A stretch of 49,944 bases of DNA from an uncultured Streptococcus sp. GTDB lineage: Bacteria; Bacillota; Bacilli; Lactobacillales; Streptococcaceae. The position numbers and the translations under genes are program-made. The DNA is taken from positions 1-49,944 of the forward strand of contig NZ_CALHWC010000115.1 of assembly GCF_938036805.1 (NCBI RefSeq). The letters are read 5' to 3'. The notes beneath the pieces are model-generated. The model worked only from the letters and a program-made list of their open reading frames with translations. It had not been told where the DNA came from and ran no database searches. Below are positions 10,609-23,777 of this stretch, piece by piece (positions within the stretch are counted from its first letter, which is position 1; each line of letters opens with the position of its first letter).

Positions 10609-10876
10609 GAGAAATCATTCCTTTCCCTTTTCTTTTTGCCTCCTGAACAGCCCGATAAAAAGAATAGCCACTGACCATTTCAAACTCACGACCGAGTCGC
10701 TTCTCTTCTCCCTTACTGGGAACAACTTTCTTGAAGACTGCATAAGACTGGAGCAGTTTCTCCGCTTGAATCTTCTGTTCATAGGCTTGCTCTACGTCAT
10801 TAAAAAAAGAAAGCACTGAAGCAAGCTCTTCAGTGCTCCACGATAAGTCTAGTGGGTAACTATAATTTTTTTCCAT
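10598..10876 (-). CDS. UPF0223 family protein
   Basis: [14 protein letters not shown]-terminus; conserved position between spx and IMPase. Confidence 0.88.
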   Translation of the reverse strand: MEKNYSYPLDLSWSTEELASVLSFFNDVEQAYEQKIQAEKLLQSYAVFKKVVPSKGEEKRLGREFEMVSGYSFYRAVQEAKRKGKGMISLGK

Positions 10877-10879
10877 ATT

Positions 10880-11278
10880 TTAAATATCAGCACGCATGGT
10901 TGCGGCTCTGAGTTCTTCTTTCCGATAGCCTCTAGGCAAGAAAGCACGGATTTCATCTTCATTGAAGCCGATCTGCATTCGTTTACCATCAAGGATAATT
11001 GGGCGACGCAAAAGACTAGGATTTTCCTCAATCAGCTTAATGAGCGTTGAAATCGATAAATCCTCTACGTCTAAATCTAGTTTTTGAAAAATTTTTGAGC
11101 GGGTTGAGATGATGTCATCAGTGCCATTTTCTGTCAATGAAAGAATATGTTGCAATTCTGGAGCAGACAGAGGGCTCGTCATGATATTATGCTCCGTAAA
11201 TGGAACTTCATGACCAATCAACCAAGCACGCGCCTTGCGACAGGAAGTGCAGCTAGGCGATAAAAATAATGTAATCAT
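10880..11278 (-). CDS. spxA: Spx-family transcriptional regulator (SpxA1-like)
   Basis: SPSCTSCRKA CxxC motif, LLRRPII, IGFNEDEIRAFLPR. Confidence 0.95.
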   Translation of the reverse strand: MITLFLSPSCTSCRKARAWLIGHEVPFTEHNIMTSPLSAPELQHILSLTENGTDDIISTRSKIFQKLDLDVEDLSISTLIKLIEENPSLLRRPIILDGKRMQIGFNEDEIRAFLPRGYRKEELRAATMRADI

Positions 11279-11397
11279 GCTGTTCTCTTCTTATTTTTAT
11301 ATAGTAACTAACTCTATTATACTAAATTTTATCTCTCTTGACTAGATATTTTTAAGAATCAGCTTGAAATACTAAGAAAAATATCAAGAACTGATAT

Positions 11398-12324
11398 TTA
11401 TTCCGAACATTCCCAATTTCTTGCCACTTCTTCATCACTCTTTAATTGAGCAACCAGTTCTTCAATACCATCAAATTTAACCATATCACGAATCTTATCC
11501 AGCCAGATAATCCTGATCGTATCGCCATAGATTTCCTCCGCAAAGTCAAATAGATTGGCCTCAAAACGAAGCTCATCTCCTTCAAAGGTCACATTTTTGC
11601 CAACGCTAGCCATACCTCGATAAATCTTACCATTGTGCTCAACATCTACCACATAGACGCCATCTGCTGGCAAAATCACGCGATCCAATGGTGCTAGATT
11701 GGCCGTTGGATAGCCAATGGTACGCCCTCTAGCATTGCCATGAACCACAATGCCACGAGTAGAGAGAGGATAGCCTAGTAGCTGATGCGCCTTGGCAACA
11801 TCACCGTTTTGAATAGTCTCTCTAATCCGAGTAGAAGAAATCTTTTCCTCATCTTGATTAACTGATGAGACGATGACAATCTGACCATCGAAATAGTCTG
11901 CAAGCTCCTCTGCCTTTCTCTTGTCAGACCCAAAATGGTAATCAAAACCTGCCACAACTGCCTTCGCTTTAAGTGCAGCAACGTACTTATCAAAAAATTC
12001 TTGGGCTGTATTTTTAGAAAAATGGCTAGTAAAGTCAATCAAGTAAAGGTAGTCCACACCTAAATTTTCTAAGTGAGCAGCTCGTTCCTCTGGATGATTC
12101 AAATGCAACATCAACTCTGGCTGATAGCGGACAAAGGCCAATTTGGGTGACTCAGGAAAGGTCAGTACAGCAATCTTCAGTCCTTGCTCTTCTGCGATTT
12201 TCCTTGCTTCCTTAAAAAGTGTCTGATGTCCCTTATGCAGGCCGTCAAAATATCCTAGCACCAAGACTGTATCTTCTTCCTGCTTTATCTCTAATTCATT
12301 ATTTATTCGTCTTATTTTCATCAT
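11398..12324 (-). CDS. ribF: Bifunctional riboflavin kinase/FAD synthetase
   Basis: GYFDGLHKGH, ISSTRIR, GRTIGYPTAN motifs. Confidence 0.96.
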   Translation of the reverse strand: MMKIRRINNELEIKQEEDTVLVLGYFDGLHKGHQTLFKEARKIAEEQGLKIAVLTFPESPKLAFVRYQPELMLHLNHPEERAAHLENLGVDYLYLIDFTSHFSKNTAQEFFDKYVAALKAKAVVAGFDYHFGSDKRKAEELADYFDGQIVIVSSVNQDEEKISSTRIRETIQNGDVAKAHQLLGYPLSTRGIVVHGNARGRTIGYPTANLAPLDRVILPADGVYVVDVEHNGKIYRGMASVGKNVTFEGDELRFEANLFDFAEEIYGDTIRIIWLDKIRDMVKFDGIEELVAQLKSDEEVARNWECSE

Positions 12325-12454
12325 TTTTCTATTTTACTATGTATCCGCTTTTTTTACAACAAATTAAATCCCATGAAAAGAACTTCTATTGCCCCAAGAA
12401 AACACCTTGCTATCTTTAACAAAGTGTCTCTGTAAATATTTGAAACTACACTGG

Positions 12455-13456
12455 TTACTGACGATCATCATAGCCGTTTGGATGACTGGAATGCCATTTC
12501 CAAGCGGTTTCGATAATGGTTTCGATATTGTCAAATTTCGGCTGCCAGCCCAGAACATTTCTTGCTTTCTCAGAGGAAGCAATCAGCGTATCCGGATCCC
12601 CTGGGCGCCGCTCTGCTATTTCCAAAGGAATAGGATGTCCAGTCACCTTGCGGGCTGCTTCTACAATCTGCAGGTTAGAAAAGCCAGTCGAGGAGCCAAG
12701 GTTAAAGGCATCCGAAGGTTGACCAGCACGCAGATGCTCAACAGCCAAAATATGAGCGTCAGCCAAGTCGAAAGGATGGACATAATCGCGGACATTGGTC
12801 CCGTCCGGAGTATCGTAATCATCGCCAAAGACAGCAATCTTCTCGCGTTTGCCCTGAGCCACCTGAAGTATAATTGGCAAGAGATGGGTTTCAGGTCCGT
12901 GGTCCTCACCGATTGAACCGTCAGGTTTGGCACCGGCCACATTGAAATAACGCAGGGCTACAAACTTGATGCCATAGGCCTGGTCTGCCCAACGCATAAT
13001 AGTCTCCATCATAAGCTTGCTCTCACCATAAGGATTGATCGGCTTTTGCGGGGTCGTTTCCAGAATCGGCACTTCTTCAGGAATGCCATAAGTCGCCGCT
13101 GTCGAAGAAAAGACAATGTTCTTAACGCCGCATTCCTGCATGACTTCCAAGAGAGAAACCATGCCAGCTGTGTTATTGTCAAAATACTTGAGCGGGTCCA
13201 CCATAGACTCTGCCACCAGTGAAAAAGCAGCGAAGTGAATGACTGCATCGATGGATGGATGTTTGTCAAAAACGCCACGCATAAAGTCCTTATCCGCCAA
13301 ATCCCCCTCATAAAAGGCTGCCTGAGGATGAACTGCTGCCCGATGACCAGTCACCAAATTATCAACGACGACCACCTCTTCCTTGCCTGCTGCTACCAGA
13401 CGATCTACCATGTGCGAGCCGATATAGCCAGCTCCACCTAATACTAAAATTGCCAT
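12455..13456 (-). CDS. galE: UDP-glucose 4-epimerase
   Basis: [31 protein letters not shown]; start set at MAILVLGG. Confidence 0.96.
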   Translation of the reverse strand: MAILVLGGAGYIGSHMVDRLVAAGKEEVVVVDNLVTGHRAAVHPQAAFYEGDLADKDFMRGVFDKHPSIDAVIHFAAFSLVAESMVDPLKYFDNNTAGMVSLLEVMQECGVKNIVFSSTAATYGIPEEVPILETTPQKPINPYGESKLMMETIMRWADQAYGIKFVALRYFNVAGAKPDGSIGEDHGPETHLLPIILQVAQGKREKIAVFGDDYDTPDGTNVRDYVHPFDLADAHILAVEHLRAGQPSDAFNLGSSTGFSNLQIVEAARKVTGHPIPLEIAERRPGDPDTLIASSEKARNVLGWQPKFDNIETIIETAWKWHSSHPNGYDDRQ

Positions 13457-13532
13457 GTCTCTCACTTTCTTGTCTTGATTTTTATTTAACTATTTTATCA
13501 AAAATAAGGACGAATGAAAACTCTTGCTGCAA

Positions 13533-15014
13533 TTATTCTTCCAAACCAACAGATTGGACAAAGCGCATGAAAGCTTCTTGCCCCTCCTCTGTTCGCTTGT
13601 AAACTCCCGCGTCTTCCAGCACACGGCTAAAAATTTGTCCAACCGATGCCTGAACTACTCCTTCCACCGTTTCAGCGGTAACTTTCGGATGCTGGTTTTT
13701 GAGTTGATTGGCCCACTCCTGATGATAGGCAGCAACCTGACAGTCTTCTCCCAGCAGAAACAGCTCCACCTGCTTGAGCTCTTCCTTGAGCCGAGGCGGC
13801 AGAATAGCCAGCCCCATAACCTCAATCAGGCCGATATTTTCTTTCTTAATATGCTGAACATCTCTATGAGGGTGGTAAATGCCGTCCGGATGTTCTGAGG
13901 AAGTTTGATTGTCCCGCAAGACCAAGTCTAGCTCAAAAGATCCATCTTTCCTGCGGGCAATCGGTGTGATGGTATGATGCGGTTCACCCTCAGACTCTGC
14001 CAACACCTGCACACTGGGATCAGAATAAGTCCGCCAAGCTTGCAAAATCTTGCCAGCCAACTTAATCAACTGTTCCTTCTTCTCAGATTTCATACGAATG
14101 ACGGACATAGGCCATTTGACAATACCTGCCTCCACCTCTTCAAATCCGCTAAAAGTAAAGCTGCAATCCAGCTCTGCTATTTCCATAGGGAAGGTATGAC
14201 GTCCGCCCTGATAGTGGTCGTGGGTCAGGATGGAGCCACCGACAATAGGTAGGTCGGCGTTAGAACCTGCGAAATAGCCTGGAAAAGTCTCGACGATGTC
14301 CAGCAGGCGCTCAAAGGTCAGCCGGCTGATAGCCATAGGAAGGTGCTGGCTGTGCAGAAAGATGCAATGCTCATTAAAGTAGGCATAGGGCGAATACTGG
14401 AAGCCCCATTCCTGTCCGGCCAAATCGAATCGAATAATCCGATGGTTAGCGCGGGCAGGGTGATTCAAGCGGCCTTGGTAGCCTTCATTTTCCATGCAGA
14501 GCTGGCAGGCTGGATAATGGCTGTTCTTAGCCTTTTTAGCTGCCGCAATTTCCTTGGGATCCTTTTCTGGCTTAGAGAGATTAATGGTGATTTCCAAATC
14601 TCCATAGGCAGTCGGTGCTTTGAAAGCAATATTTCTAGCAATAGCCTTGACCTTGATGTAGTCATTCTTTTGACTAAGCTGGTAAAAATCAGCCACAGCT
14701 TGCTCGGGATTGGAAGCATAGGTCGTCCAGAAGTCCTGATTGAGCTGGCTAGGGGCAGGTGTAATCAAGTTCATGAGCTCAGCTCCCAGTATATCCTGCT
14801 CAGCCAGAGTATCACCAATCTTCCCATTCTTGACAGCCGCAGCTACCAAGTTATCCTTCAGGTCAATTAGCTGCTCACCCTTCGTCTCCTGTTCTGCCAC
14901 TGTCTCTCCAACCAGAGCCATGACACGATTGCTTAGATAAATGGCGTCCATTTCCTCAAAAGTGCTATTGTCAATCACTGCTGATACAAAAGCATCCAGT
15001 AACTTCTTGGGCAT
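13533..15014 (-). CDS. galT: Galactose-1-phosphate uridylyltransferase (Gram-positive long type)
   Basis: [30 protein letters not shown] motifs; between galK and galE. Confidence 0.96.
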   Translation of the reverse strand: MPKKLLDAFVSAVIDNSTFEEMDAIYLSNRVMALVGETVAEQETKGEQLIDLKDNLVAAAVKNGKIGDTLAEQDILGAELMNLITPAPSQLNQDFWTTYASNPEQAVADFYQLSQKNDYIKVKAIARNIAFKAPTAYGDLEITINLSKPEKDPKEIAAAKKAKNSHYPACQLCMENEGYQGRLNHPARANHRIIRFDLAGQEWGFQYSPYAYFNEHCIFLHSQHLPMAISRLTFERLLDIVETFPGYFAGSNADLPIVGGSILTHDHYQGGRHTFPMEIAELDCSFTFSGFEEVEAGIVKWPMSVIRMKSEKKEQLIKLAGKILQAWRTYSDPSVQVLAESEGEPHHTITPIARRKDGSFELDLVLRDNQTSSEHPDGIYHPHRDVQHIKKENIGLIEVMGLAILPPRLKEELKQVELFLLGEDCQVAAYHQEWANQLKNQHPKVTAETVEGVVQASVGQIFSRVLEDAGVYKRTEEGQEAFMRFVQSVGLEE

Positions 15015-15040
15015 AGTTCTTCCTTTCTTTTGCTAGTAAA

Positions 15041-15215
15041 GAGAGTGGGACAGAAATCGGTAATTCGTTAGAATTCGATTTCGTCGTCCCACCTCCGCAC
15101 AGTTGAGTAGGGCTGTAAGAGCTGATGAAATCGGCGTAGTAGAGCCCACTCAACCACTGCGTCTTGCTCGACGATCCAAAGATAATTGAGAGACTAGGAC
15201 TTTTGTCCCAGACCC
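15041..15215 (+). repeat. ~175-bp interspersed MITE-like repeat, copy 1
   Basis: GAGAGTGGGACAGAAAT...ACTTTTGTCCCAGACCC; near-identical to 22560-22734 (reverse) and 40704-40867; imperfect terminal inverted repeats. Confidence 0.9.
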
Positions 15216-15233
15216 AAGTTCCTTTTCTGTGAT

Positions 15234-16412
15234 TTAGTCCAGCACCCGGCTTCCGCCAGCTACTTCTGCAATGTAAAAGCTAGGAGCATAGCCAACGACT
15301 TCTTGATACTTAGAGCCGACCTTTTCCTTAAAAGCATCCACAGCATCCTTACGCACTAAAGCAATAGCACAGCCACCGAAGCCAGCCCCAGTCATACGAG
15401 CCCCCAGAACACCTTCTTGCTCCCAGGCTGTGTGAACCAAGGTGTCCAGCTCTAGGCCGGTCACTTCATAGTCATGCTCCAATGAAACATGGGAGGCATT
15501 CATGAGACGGCCAAACTTGCTCAGATCGCCTGCTTGCAAAGCTACCCTCGCTTGCAAAGTGCGTTGATTTTCTAAAACTGCATGGCGAGCTCGTTTGAGT
15601 CGGTTCTCGTCCTCTATCAAATAGCTATACTCATCAAAGTCCCACTCGCCCAACTCACCCAAGGTTGCGATAGACAGCTTGCGATTGAGCTCTTCAACAG
15701 CTTTTTCACACTCAGCACGGCGCTCATTGTACTTAGAGTCCGCCAACTCACGACGCTTATTGGTATTCATAATCACTACGACATTGTCCTTGAGATCAAG
15801 CGGCACCAAATCATATTCAAGAGTATTTGTATCTAAGTAAATAGCCCGCTGGTCAGCTCCCATTCCGATAGCAAACTGGTCCATAATGCCAGAATTAACC
15901 CCGATAAACTCATTCTCAGTTAATTTACCGATTTTCACTAGGTCCAAACGTTCCAACCGCAAATCAAAGAGTTTCTCAGCAATGACACCTGTCAAAAGCT
16001 CTAGAGATGCAGAAGAAGACAAGCCCGATCCATTGGGAATATTTCCATAAACATAGATATCCATTCCTTGGTCAATCGTATGGTCTGCCTCCTGTAGAAA
16101 GTACAAAACTCCTTTCAGATAGTTGGTCCAGTTATGCTCAGGCTCAAAGTGCAGGTTTTCCAGTGGCACTTCAATAATCCCTTTTTCTTCAAAATTCCCT
16201 GAGAAGAATCGCAAGAGCTGATCGTCCCGCTTGCGAGCCGCTCCATAAGTTCCTAGAGAAATTGCTGCAGGAAAGACATGGCCGCCGTTATAGTCCGTAT
16301 GCTCACCAATCAGATTGATCCGACCAGGTGAAAAGAATGTGTGATCCGCTTCTACTCCAAAAACTTTAGCAAAATCTGAACGGATTTGCTCCGCTGAAAG
16401 TACATTTGACAT
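15234..16412 (-). CDS. galK: Galactokinase
   Basis: [33 protein letters not shown] motifs. Confidence 0.97.
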   Translation of the reverse strand: MSNVLSAEQIRSDFAKVFGVEADHTFFSPGRINLIGEHTDYNGGHVFPAAISLGTYGAARKRDDQLLRFFSGNFEEKGIIEVPLENLHFEPEHNWTNYLKGVLYFLQEADHTIDQGMDIYVYGNIPNGSGLSSSASLELLTGVIAEKLFDLRLERLDLVKIGKLTENEFIGVNSGIMDQFAIGMGADQRAIYLDTNTLEYDLVPLDLKDNVVVIMNTNKRRELADSKYNERRAECEKAVEELNRKLSIATLGELGEWDFDEYSYLIEDENRLKRARHAVLENQRTLQARVALQAGDLSKFGRLMNASHVSLEHDYEVTGLELDTLVHTAWEQEGVLGARMTGAGFGGCAIALVRKDAVDAFKEKVGSKYQEVVGYAPSFYIAEVAGGSRVLD

Positions 16413-16445
16413 AAACTAAACTCCTTTAAAATGAATGATCGATAT

Positions 16446-16459
16446 TGTAATCGTTTTCT
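16446..16459. promoter_or_regulatory. Putative cre (CcpA) site upstream of galK
   Basis: TGTAATCGTTTTCT resembles the cre consensus TGWAANCGNTNWCW, just upstream of the galK RBS. Confidence 0.55.
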
Positions 16460-16476
16460 TATCTTTATTATAACTA

Positions 16477-16548
16477 TTTTCGAGTAAAACTTCAATTAAT
16501 TTAGTAAATTTTTACCTAATAAAGCAATTGAGTAATATTTACTAAATT
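16477..16548. promoter_or_regulatory. Putative GalR operators in the divergent galK/galR promoter
   Basis: Repeated TTTTAGTAAA/TTTACTAAA-like motifs near 16477, 16498 and 16536 between the divergent genes. Confidence 0.45.
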
Positions 16549-16608
16549 CCTCTTTGTTATTTACTTGTTTTTGAGGTATAATAGCCCATATAAGAAAAAT
16601 AGGAGTAA

Positions 16609-17613
<1,005 letters not shown>

Positions 17614-17627
17614 CAGAGAAAGAACGA

Positions 17628-18563
17628 ATGAAAACCTACGAAAAATTATTTACCATTCTCAACCAAGCTGACGATTATGCCAACGGAGAAAGTTTGGCTC
17701 AGACATTAGGCATTTCCAGGACATCCATTTGGAAGGCCATTCAGCGCTTGGAAAAAGAAGGAATCAAGATTGATTCCGTAAAAAACCGTGGCTATAAGCT
17801 CAAAGCAGGGGATTTACTAATCCCAAAAATCATTGAAAAAAAGGCACCTATCAAGGTTTCCTTCAACCCCAACTGCCAATCTACTCAGATAGATGCCAAA
17901 GCAGGTCTGGAAGCGGGCAACGAAGCCAATACCCTCTATCTAGCTGCTGCTCAATCCGCTGGTCGCGGTCGCTTCGGCCGAGATTTTTTCTCTCCAAAAC
18001 AGGGCGGCTTTTATATGTCCCTCCATCTCAAGCCCAACCTGTCTTTTGATCAAATCCCTGCTTATACTCTCCTGACAGCTGGAGCCATCTATCAGGCTGT
18101 AAAAAATCTAACCTTCATAGACATAGATATCAAGTGGGTCAACGATATTTACTACAAGGATAAAAAAATCGCAGGTATTTTAACCGAGGCTACTACTTCA
18201 GTCGAGACAGGCTTAGTCACAGACATTATTATCGGGGTCGGTTTTAATTTTTGCGTTCATGATTTTCCAGAAGAATTGCAATCTAAGGCTGGCTCACTCT
18301 TTACAGAGCGAGCTCCTATAAGCAGAAATGAGCTGATTGCTGAAATCTGGAGATGTTTCTACGAAAGCGATCCCCAAGACCTGCTCTATCTTTACAAAAA
18401 GCACTCCCTAGTCCTCGGTCGCCAAGTGAGCTTCCAGCAAAATAATCAAACCTATAAGGGAATTGCTAGCGATATCTCGGACAGTGGTCAACTTCTAGTC
18501 CAGTTGGAGAACGGCCAAAATATCTGGCTCAACAGCGGGGAAATTTCACTGACTAGCTGGTAG
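17628..18563 (+). CDS. birA: Bifunctional biotin-protein ligase/repressor
   Basis: N-terminal wHTH (SRTSIWKAI), QSAGRGRFGR, IKWVND, KIAGILTE. Confidence 0.95.
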   Translation: MKTYEKLFTILNQADDYANGESLAQTLGISRTSIWKAIQRLEKEGIKIDSVKNRGYKLKAGDLLIPKIIEKKAPIKVSFNPNCQSTQIDAKAGLEAGNEANTLYLAAAQSAGRGRFGRDFFSPKQGGFYMSLHLKPNLSFDQIPAYTLLTAGAIYQAVKNLTFIDIDIKWVNDIYYKDKKIAGILTEATTSVETGLVTDIIIGVGFNFCVHDFPEELQSKAGSLFTERAPISRNELIAEIWRCFYESDPQDLLYLYKKHSLVLGRQVSFQQNNQTYKGIASDISDSGQLLVQLENGQNIWLNSGEISLTSW

Positions 18564-18582
18564 TTTGTACAAAATTGCATTC

Positions 18583-18616
18583 AAAAAGCACTTGATGTTC
18601 CATTTCAAGTGCTTTT
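18583..18616. terminator. Bidirectional terminator between birA and the SufT-like gene
   Basis: aaaaagcacttga-tgttccatt-tcaagtgctttt. Confidence 0.75.
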
Positions 18617-18646
18617 CTGTATAGTCTTTCTTCCAGTATGATGCCG

Positions 18647-18985
18647 CTATTTAATCCCCAAAGCGATTCGAGCATAACGACTCATCTTTTCTACTGTCCA
18701 AGCGGGATACCAAACCAATTTGACTTCTGTCTTAGTAACCTCTGGAACATCTGACATGGCATCATAAATCTGGTCAGTCAGAAGATCCGCCAGAGGGCAT
18801 CCCATAGTGGTCAAGGTCATATCGATTTCCGTTTCCCCATTGGTCTCGTCAAAACGGATCTCATAAATCAAGCCGAGATTGACAATATCAATCCCCAGCT
18901 CTGGGTCAATGACTTGCTCCAAGCTCTCTAAAATCCGCGTTTTAATCTTTTCAACCTCTTCAGGGCTATATTTTTTTTCTGACAT
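18647..18985 (-). CDS. Metal-sulfur cluster assembly factor (DUF59/SufT/PaaD-like)
   Basis: VIDPELGIDIVNLGLIY, TLTTMGCP motifs. Confidence 0.9.
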   Translation of the reverse strand: MSEKKYSPEEVEKIKTRILESLEQVIDPELGIDIVNLGLIYEIRFDETNGETEIDMTLTTMGCPLADLLTDQIYDAMSDVPEVTKTEVKLVWYPAWTVEKMSRYARIALGIK

Positions 18986-19107
18986 GCATATCCTCCTTAT
19001 AGATATGACAAAAATTCAAGTTAACTTGAGGGGCTTTGTTTTCAGCTAGGTTTTCAGTCTTGACGCTTCCTGCTGAAAGATTTCTGCTCCTCGCTGCTCT
19101 TCATTTC

Positions 19108-20220
19108 TTAATCTTCGATAAAGTCTCTGAGTGGTTTGCTGCGGCTTGGATGGCGGAGTTTACGCAGGGCTTTTGCTTCAATCTGGCGAATCCGCTCACG
19201 GGTGACATTGAAGACCTTGCCGACATCCTCTAGTGTCCGCATTTTTCCATCGTCCAGACCAAAGCGCAGACGCAAGACATTTTCCTCGCGGTCTGTCAGC
19301 GTATCTAGGACTTCATCCAACTGCTCACGAAGGACGACACGAGTTGTGTAGTCAACTGGATTTTCAATCACTTCGTCCTCGATAAAGTCTCCCAGATGAC
19401 TATCATCTTCCTCACCGATTGGCGTCTCCAGAGAAACCGGCTCCTGAGCAATCTTGAGAATCTCACGAACCTTATCTGGTGTCATATCCATGCGCTCAGC
19501 GATTTGCTCTGGTGTTGGATCTTGACCTAATTCCTGCAAGAGATTGCGTTGCTCGCGGACTAGCTTGTTAATGGTTTCCACCATGTGAACTGGAATCCGA
19601 ATAGTCCGAGCTTGATCAGCAATTGCACGGGTAATGGCCTGACGAATCCACCAAGTCGCATAAGTTGAAAACTTAAATCCTTTGGTGTAGTCAAACTTAT
19701 CAACAGCCTTCATCAACCCCATATTTCCTTCTTGAATCAAGTCAAGGAACTGCATCCCACGGCCGACATAACGCTTAGCAATAGAAACAACCAGACGAAG
19801 ATTGGCCTCAGCCAGACGCTGCTTGGCTTCCAAGTCTCCCTGTTCTACCAAGATAGCCAACTCCTGCTCTTCTTCATTACTGAGAAGGGGCACAACCCCG
19901 ATTTCTTTCAGGTACATGCGGACTGGGTCATTGACCTTGGCTGAATTGCTGCCCAAGAGCTCTTCATCTGTCAGCTCCGCTTCTTCCTCTTCAGTATTCA
20001 AGACGCGCGCGCTGGGATTTCCTTCCTTATCTGTAATCGAGATACCTGCATCCTGAATGCGTTGCAGCAAATCCTCAATCCCATCAGCGTCCAACGTGAA
20101 AGGAATGACCAGTTGGTCATTGATTTCATCATCTGTCGCTACACCTGTCTGCTTATGGTTGCGGATGAATTCTGCAATTTGAACGTCTAATGTTGTTACT
20201 TCTTTTTGTTTTGTAGCCAT
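19108..20220 (-). CDS. rpoD: Primary sigma factor RpoD (SigA)
   Basis: [55 protein letters not shown]. Confidence 0.99.
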   Translation of the reverse strand: MATKQKEVTTLDVQIAEFIRNHKQTGVATDDEINDQLVIPFTLDADGIEDLLQRIQDAGISITDKEGNPSARVLNTEEEEAELTDEELLGSNSAKVNDPVRMYLKEIGVVPLLSNEEEQELAILVEQGDLEAKQRLAEANLRLVVSIAKRYVGRGMQFLDLIQEGNMGLMKAVDKFDYTKGFKFSTYATWWIRQAITRAIADQARTIRIPVHMVETINKLVREQRNLLQELGQDPTPEQIAERMDMTPDKVREILKIAQEPVSLETPIGEEDDSHLGDFIEDEVIENPVDYTTRVVLREQLDEVLDTLTDREENVLRLRFGLDDGKMRTLEDVGKVFNVTRERIRQIEAKALRKLRHPSRSKPLRDFIED

Positions 20221-20222
20221 AC

Positions 20223-22004
20223 CTACTCCATTCTTCTTTTTTGTGCGATTAAGCGCTCCACTTCTAATATAGCGGCATTCTCATCTCCAGTATGCAAAGC
20301 TTCTCGAACCTTTTTGCTAATCAGCTGATTATTCTTACGAAGCAATTCGCGTTCCCTAGTCAGCTCAACTTCTGCTAACTCTCCGTCTTCCATCTCCTCT
20401 GGCAAATCTTCCTCCAACATCCGATACCAAAGTTGCTGGACTCTTTCTGGTAAGCTAGATAAATCCTGCGAAGTCACTTCACCATTGGCCAGTAAAAGCT
20501 CGTATAGCTCCTGCAGTTCCGCCGTATCAAAGGCAAAATCTGTACGAAGCCGGTAGCTATTTAAAACCAGCGGATTATGTACCATCCGATAAAGGATATG
20601 GATTTCTGCCTTTATCAACCGTGATAGCTGTTTAGAAAGCGGAAGATCTACCAGTACAGGTCTTCTTAGAGATTCCGACTGCTGCCCGCTTCGACTACTT
20701 CTCTCAATCAAACGACTATTGTTAACCGTATTCTCTACCTGCTGGTAATCAAAATCTGGCAGTAACTCAGCCAACATATAAATATAGGAATTCTGAGCTG
20801 TAATAGACTGCGTCTGAGCAATAATAGGCGCCATTCGCTCTACAAATTCAATCTGAGCCTGCAAATTTTCAATATTATCCGGCTTGAGATAACGCAAAAG
20901 GAACTCTACATCACTAATTCGCGTTTTGGTCAGAAATTGTCGCAATTCCTCGGCAGAATTTTTTGCAATAAACTCATCGGGATCCATATTGTCGGGAAAG
21001 GATACAATCTCTACCGACATATCTCGCAGCTCCTCTAAAGCCTTGGCTGTCGCAGCCTGACCAGCCCTGTCTCCATCATAAGTCAGAATGATCTTCTTGC
21101 AATACTTACGCAAATGCTGGACATGCTCAGGTGTCAGAGCTGTTCCCATAGATGCGACTGCATTTTCAACTCCAGCCCGATAGGCCGCAATCACATCCAT
21201 GAAGCCCTCCATCAGATAGACCTCATGGCTCTTTTTAATCACCGGCTTGGCCTTATCCAGATGATAAAGCTCATAGCTTTTATTAAAAATAGGGGTGCTG
21301 CGACTATTCTTATACTTAGCAGTCTGCGAACCAGCCTCCGAATCTTGCCAGATCCGACCAGAAAAGGCGACAACCTGACCCTTGTCATTGGTCAAAGGAA
21401 ACATAATCCGGTTCTGAAAAGCATCGTAGACAAGATTATTCTCTGCCAAATTAAAAAGACCCGAGTTCATGATAGTGGACTCATCAAACTTACCAGCCAT
21501 ACTCTTATGAAGATAGTTGCCTTCATTGGGAGCCAGCCCGATTTGAAAATGCTTAATGACTTCATCCGTCAGCCCACGCTGATAGAGATAAGCGCGCGCT
21601 TCTTCTCCTATCTTGGTCGTCATCAGAACCGCATGATAAAACTTCGCTGCTTCTGTATGAATATCATAGAGCGCCTGATGCGGATGATCCTGTCTCGGTC
21701 GATCTGCGCTAGCTCTCTCCATACCTAATGAAATGCCCGCTCTGTCTGCGACAATCTGCACAGCATCCATAAAGGATACGCCTCGGTAGTCCTCAATAAA
21801 CTTGAAAACATCCCCCGACTTGCCACATCCAAAGCAGTGATAGAACTGCTTGTCCTCTACAACATTGAAAGAGGGCGTCTTTTCGCCATGAAAGGGACAA
21901 AGTCCCAGAAAATTTCTCCCAGCCTTGGTCAAGGCCACTGTTTCTCCTATGACATCGACGATATTGACACTATTTTTTATTTCAGAAATCATTTCTTTAT
22001 CCAA
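20223..22004 (-). CDS. dnaG: DNA primase
   Basis: [11 protein letters not shown]...CFGC zinc finger, EGFMDVI, YDGD Toprim; likely TTG start at 22004 after GGAGG. Confidence 0.97.
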   Translation of the reverse strand: MDKEMISEIKNSVNIVDVIGETVALTKAGRNFLGLCPFHGEKTPSFNVVEDKQFYHCFGCGKSGDVFKFIEDYRGVSFMDAVQIVADRAGISLGMERASADRPRQDHPHQALYDIHTEAAKFYHAVLMTTKIGEEARAYLYQRGLTDEVIKHFQIGLAPNEGNYLHKSMAGKFDESTIMNSGLFNLAENNLVYDAFQNRIMFPLTNDKGQVVAFSGRIWQDSEAGSQTAKYKNSRSTPIFNKSYELYHLDKAKPVIKKSHEVYLMEGFMDVIAAYRAGVENAVASMGTALTPEHVQHLRKYCKKIILTYDGDRAGQAATAKALEELRDMSVEIVSFPDNMDPDEFIAKNSAEELRQFLTKTRISDVEFLLRYLKPDNIENLQAQIEFVERMAPIIAQTQSITAQNSYIYMLAELLPDFDYQQVENTVNNSRLIERSSRSGQQSESLRRPVLVDLPLSKQLSRLIKAEIHILYRMVHNPLVLNSYRLRTDFAFDTAELQELYELLLANGEVTSQDLSSLPERVQQLWYRMLEEDLPEEMEDGELAEVELTRERELLRKNNQLISKKVREALHTGDENAAILEVERLIAQKRRME

Positions 22005-22162
22005 TAGACAATACCTCCAATTTATCACAGAATATCACTCTATATTTTATAATAATTTGCCGCAAATGTAAAACATTTGATAGGCAAATGACTTGAAATA
22101 ATTGCTACTTTAAGCTATAATATAACCACAAATATTAAATTATTTTTTGAAAGGAAAAGAAA

Positions 22163-22549
22163 ATGTTAAAGGATCTTAAAGAATTTTTGCTACGCGGTAA
22201 CGTGATTGACTTGGCAGTCGGGGTTATCATTGCGAATGCTTTCGGAGCAATCGTCAACTCATTGATTACTGACGTTATCACTCCCCTCTTCCTCAACCCA
22301 ATTTTGAAAGCTGCAAACTTGAAGCAAATCGCTGAATTGAAATGGAACGGAATTGCTTATGGTAACTTCTTGAGCGCCGTGATCAACTTCTTAGTAATCG
22401 GTACTGTTCTCTTCTTCATCGTTAAGTCTGCTGAAAAAGCACAAAGCCTTGCTAAAAAGAACGAAGAAGCTGCTGAAGAAGCACCAGCTGGACCAACAGA
22501 ACTTGAAGTTCTGCAAGAAATCAAGAGCTTGCTTGAAAAACAAAACTAA
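22163..22549 (+). CDS. mscL: Large-conductance mechanosensitive channel
   Basis: FLLRGNVIDLAVGVII, LQEIKSLL. Confidence 0.97.
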   Translation: MLKDLKEFLLRGNVIDLAVGVIIANAFGAIVNSLITDVITPLFLNPILKAANLKQIAELKWNGIAYGNFLSAVINFLVIGTVLFFIVKSAEKAQSLAKKNEEAAEEAPAGPTELEVLQEIKSLLEKQN

Positions 22550-22559
22550 TATCCAAACA

Positions 22560-22734
22560 GAGGCTGGGACAAAAGTCCTAGCCTCTCAATTGTCTTTGGA
22601 TTGTCGAGCAAGACGCAGTGGTTGAGTGGGCTCTACTAGGCTGATTCCATCAGCTTTTACAGCCCTACTCAACTGTGCGGAGGTGGGACGACGAAATCGA
22701 ATTCTAACGAATTACCGATTTCTGTCCCACTCTC
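22560..22734 (-). repeat. ~175-bp interspersed MITE-like repeat, copy 2
   Basis: GAGGCTGGGACAAAAGT...TTTCTGTCCCACTCTC is the reverse complement of copy 1; flanked by aaaca/tgttt. Confidence 0.9.
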
Positions 22735-22802
22735 TGTTTTATTATACGCTTCCCAGTCAAAAGAAAAAAACAGCCAAATTGGCTGCTTTCTCATTCTAGT
22801 TA

Positions 22803-22979
22803 TTAGAATTTTTTACGTTTACGAGCTGCTTCTGATTTACGTTTGCGTTTTACAGAAGGTTTTTCATAGAATTCACGTTTGCGTGTTTCTTGAAGAGTAC
22901 CAGCTTTAGTAACCGCACGTTTGAAACGACGAAGAGCATCGTCAAGAGATTCATTCTTACGTACTACTGTTTTTGACAT
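22803..22979 (-). CDS. rpsU: 30S ribosomal protein S21
   Basis: [21 protein letters not shown]...ARKRKKF (58 aa). Confidence 0.98.
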
Positions 22980-23138
22980 TTTTTTCACTCCCTTCAAGTC
23001 CAAGATCTATTCTATTCTACACGCAAAATGGATAAATGTCAAGAAAAAAACTGCCATAAACTTATATTATCTTCACTTTCTTTTTTAAAAGCAACAAATT
23101 ATTAGAATGAACATCATAATAGCAAAAAGAAATTTATT

Positions 23139-23764
23139 TTAAGTCTGTTCAGAAACGACTTCTCTTTCTTCACCATTTACAATTACGGCTTGGGAATTGT
23201 TTATTAGCATTAAACTGAGCTGATTTTTATACATTTCAAAGGTCTTCTGACTACTATCAGTAAAAGGCTCCTCACCATAATGTGGAAGGATATAAAAATT
23301 CACTTCACCCAATCCTGCTGTATCAGATAACTCTGTTGCTACCGTCTTGTCGTCCATGAGTTTATTGTAGTCAATATCCTTGGCTGTGTAATAATAGCCC
23401 CTGCTGATTCTCCTACATAAACCAACCCATCTCGTATTTGTTCTTTGATGAGAGATAGGAGTTGCTTTTTCTTCAATTCTTGCAATAAATAAAAGGTATT
23501 TCCGCCTGAGACATAAAGAACCTTACTTTGGAAAATCTTTGCCTGCGCGATTTCTCGATCACAAGAAGCAATATCCAGAATCTCTATCTCAAAGCCTAAA
23601 TCTCTGAATGTTTGCTGAGCCTCATCGATATAGGCAGTATAGTCCTCTTTGTTCCCAGCGGTAGGAATAAATAAAACCTTTTTTTCTAGATTCTTTTCCT
23701 TTGCATAATCACTAAAAAGATCCTTGACACCAGCAAAATATGAACATAAAAATAATTGTTTCAT
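23139..23764 (-). pseudogene. Peptidase S51 (PepE/dipeptidase E-like), frameshifted
   Basis: FIPTA, VSGGNTFYL and GESAGA lie in ORF 23339-23764 and LPHY in ORF 23139-23357; removing 2 nt from ATTACACAGCC (23385-23389) restores GAIITAKDIDYNKLMDDK. Confidence 0.85.
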
Positions 23765-23777
23765 GATTGTACCTCCA

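Noticed and set aside
14971..15153. 60-aa ORF MSGLYYADFISS...
   Set aside because: Encoded mostly by the interspersed repeat and overlaps the galT start out of frame
15041..15215. Repeats as a possible CRISPR array, BOX or RUP element
   Set aside because: Copies are dispersed with no spacers and no cas genes, and they do not match BOX or RUP as I recall them
21114..21728. Long antisense ORFs (204 aa here; also 12389-12916, 14343-14870, 46693-47229 and others)
   Set aside because: Shadow frames opposite well-conserved genes, with no RBS or recognisable motifs
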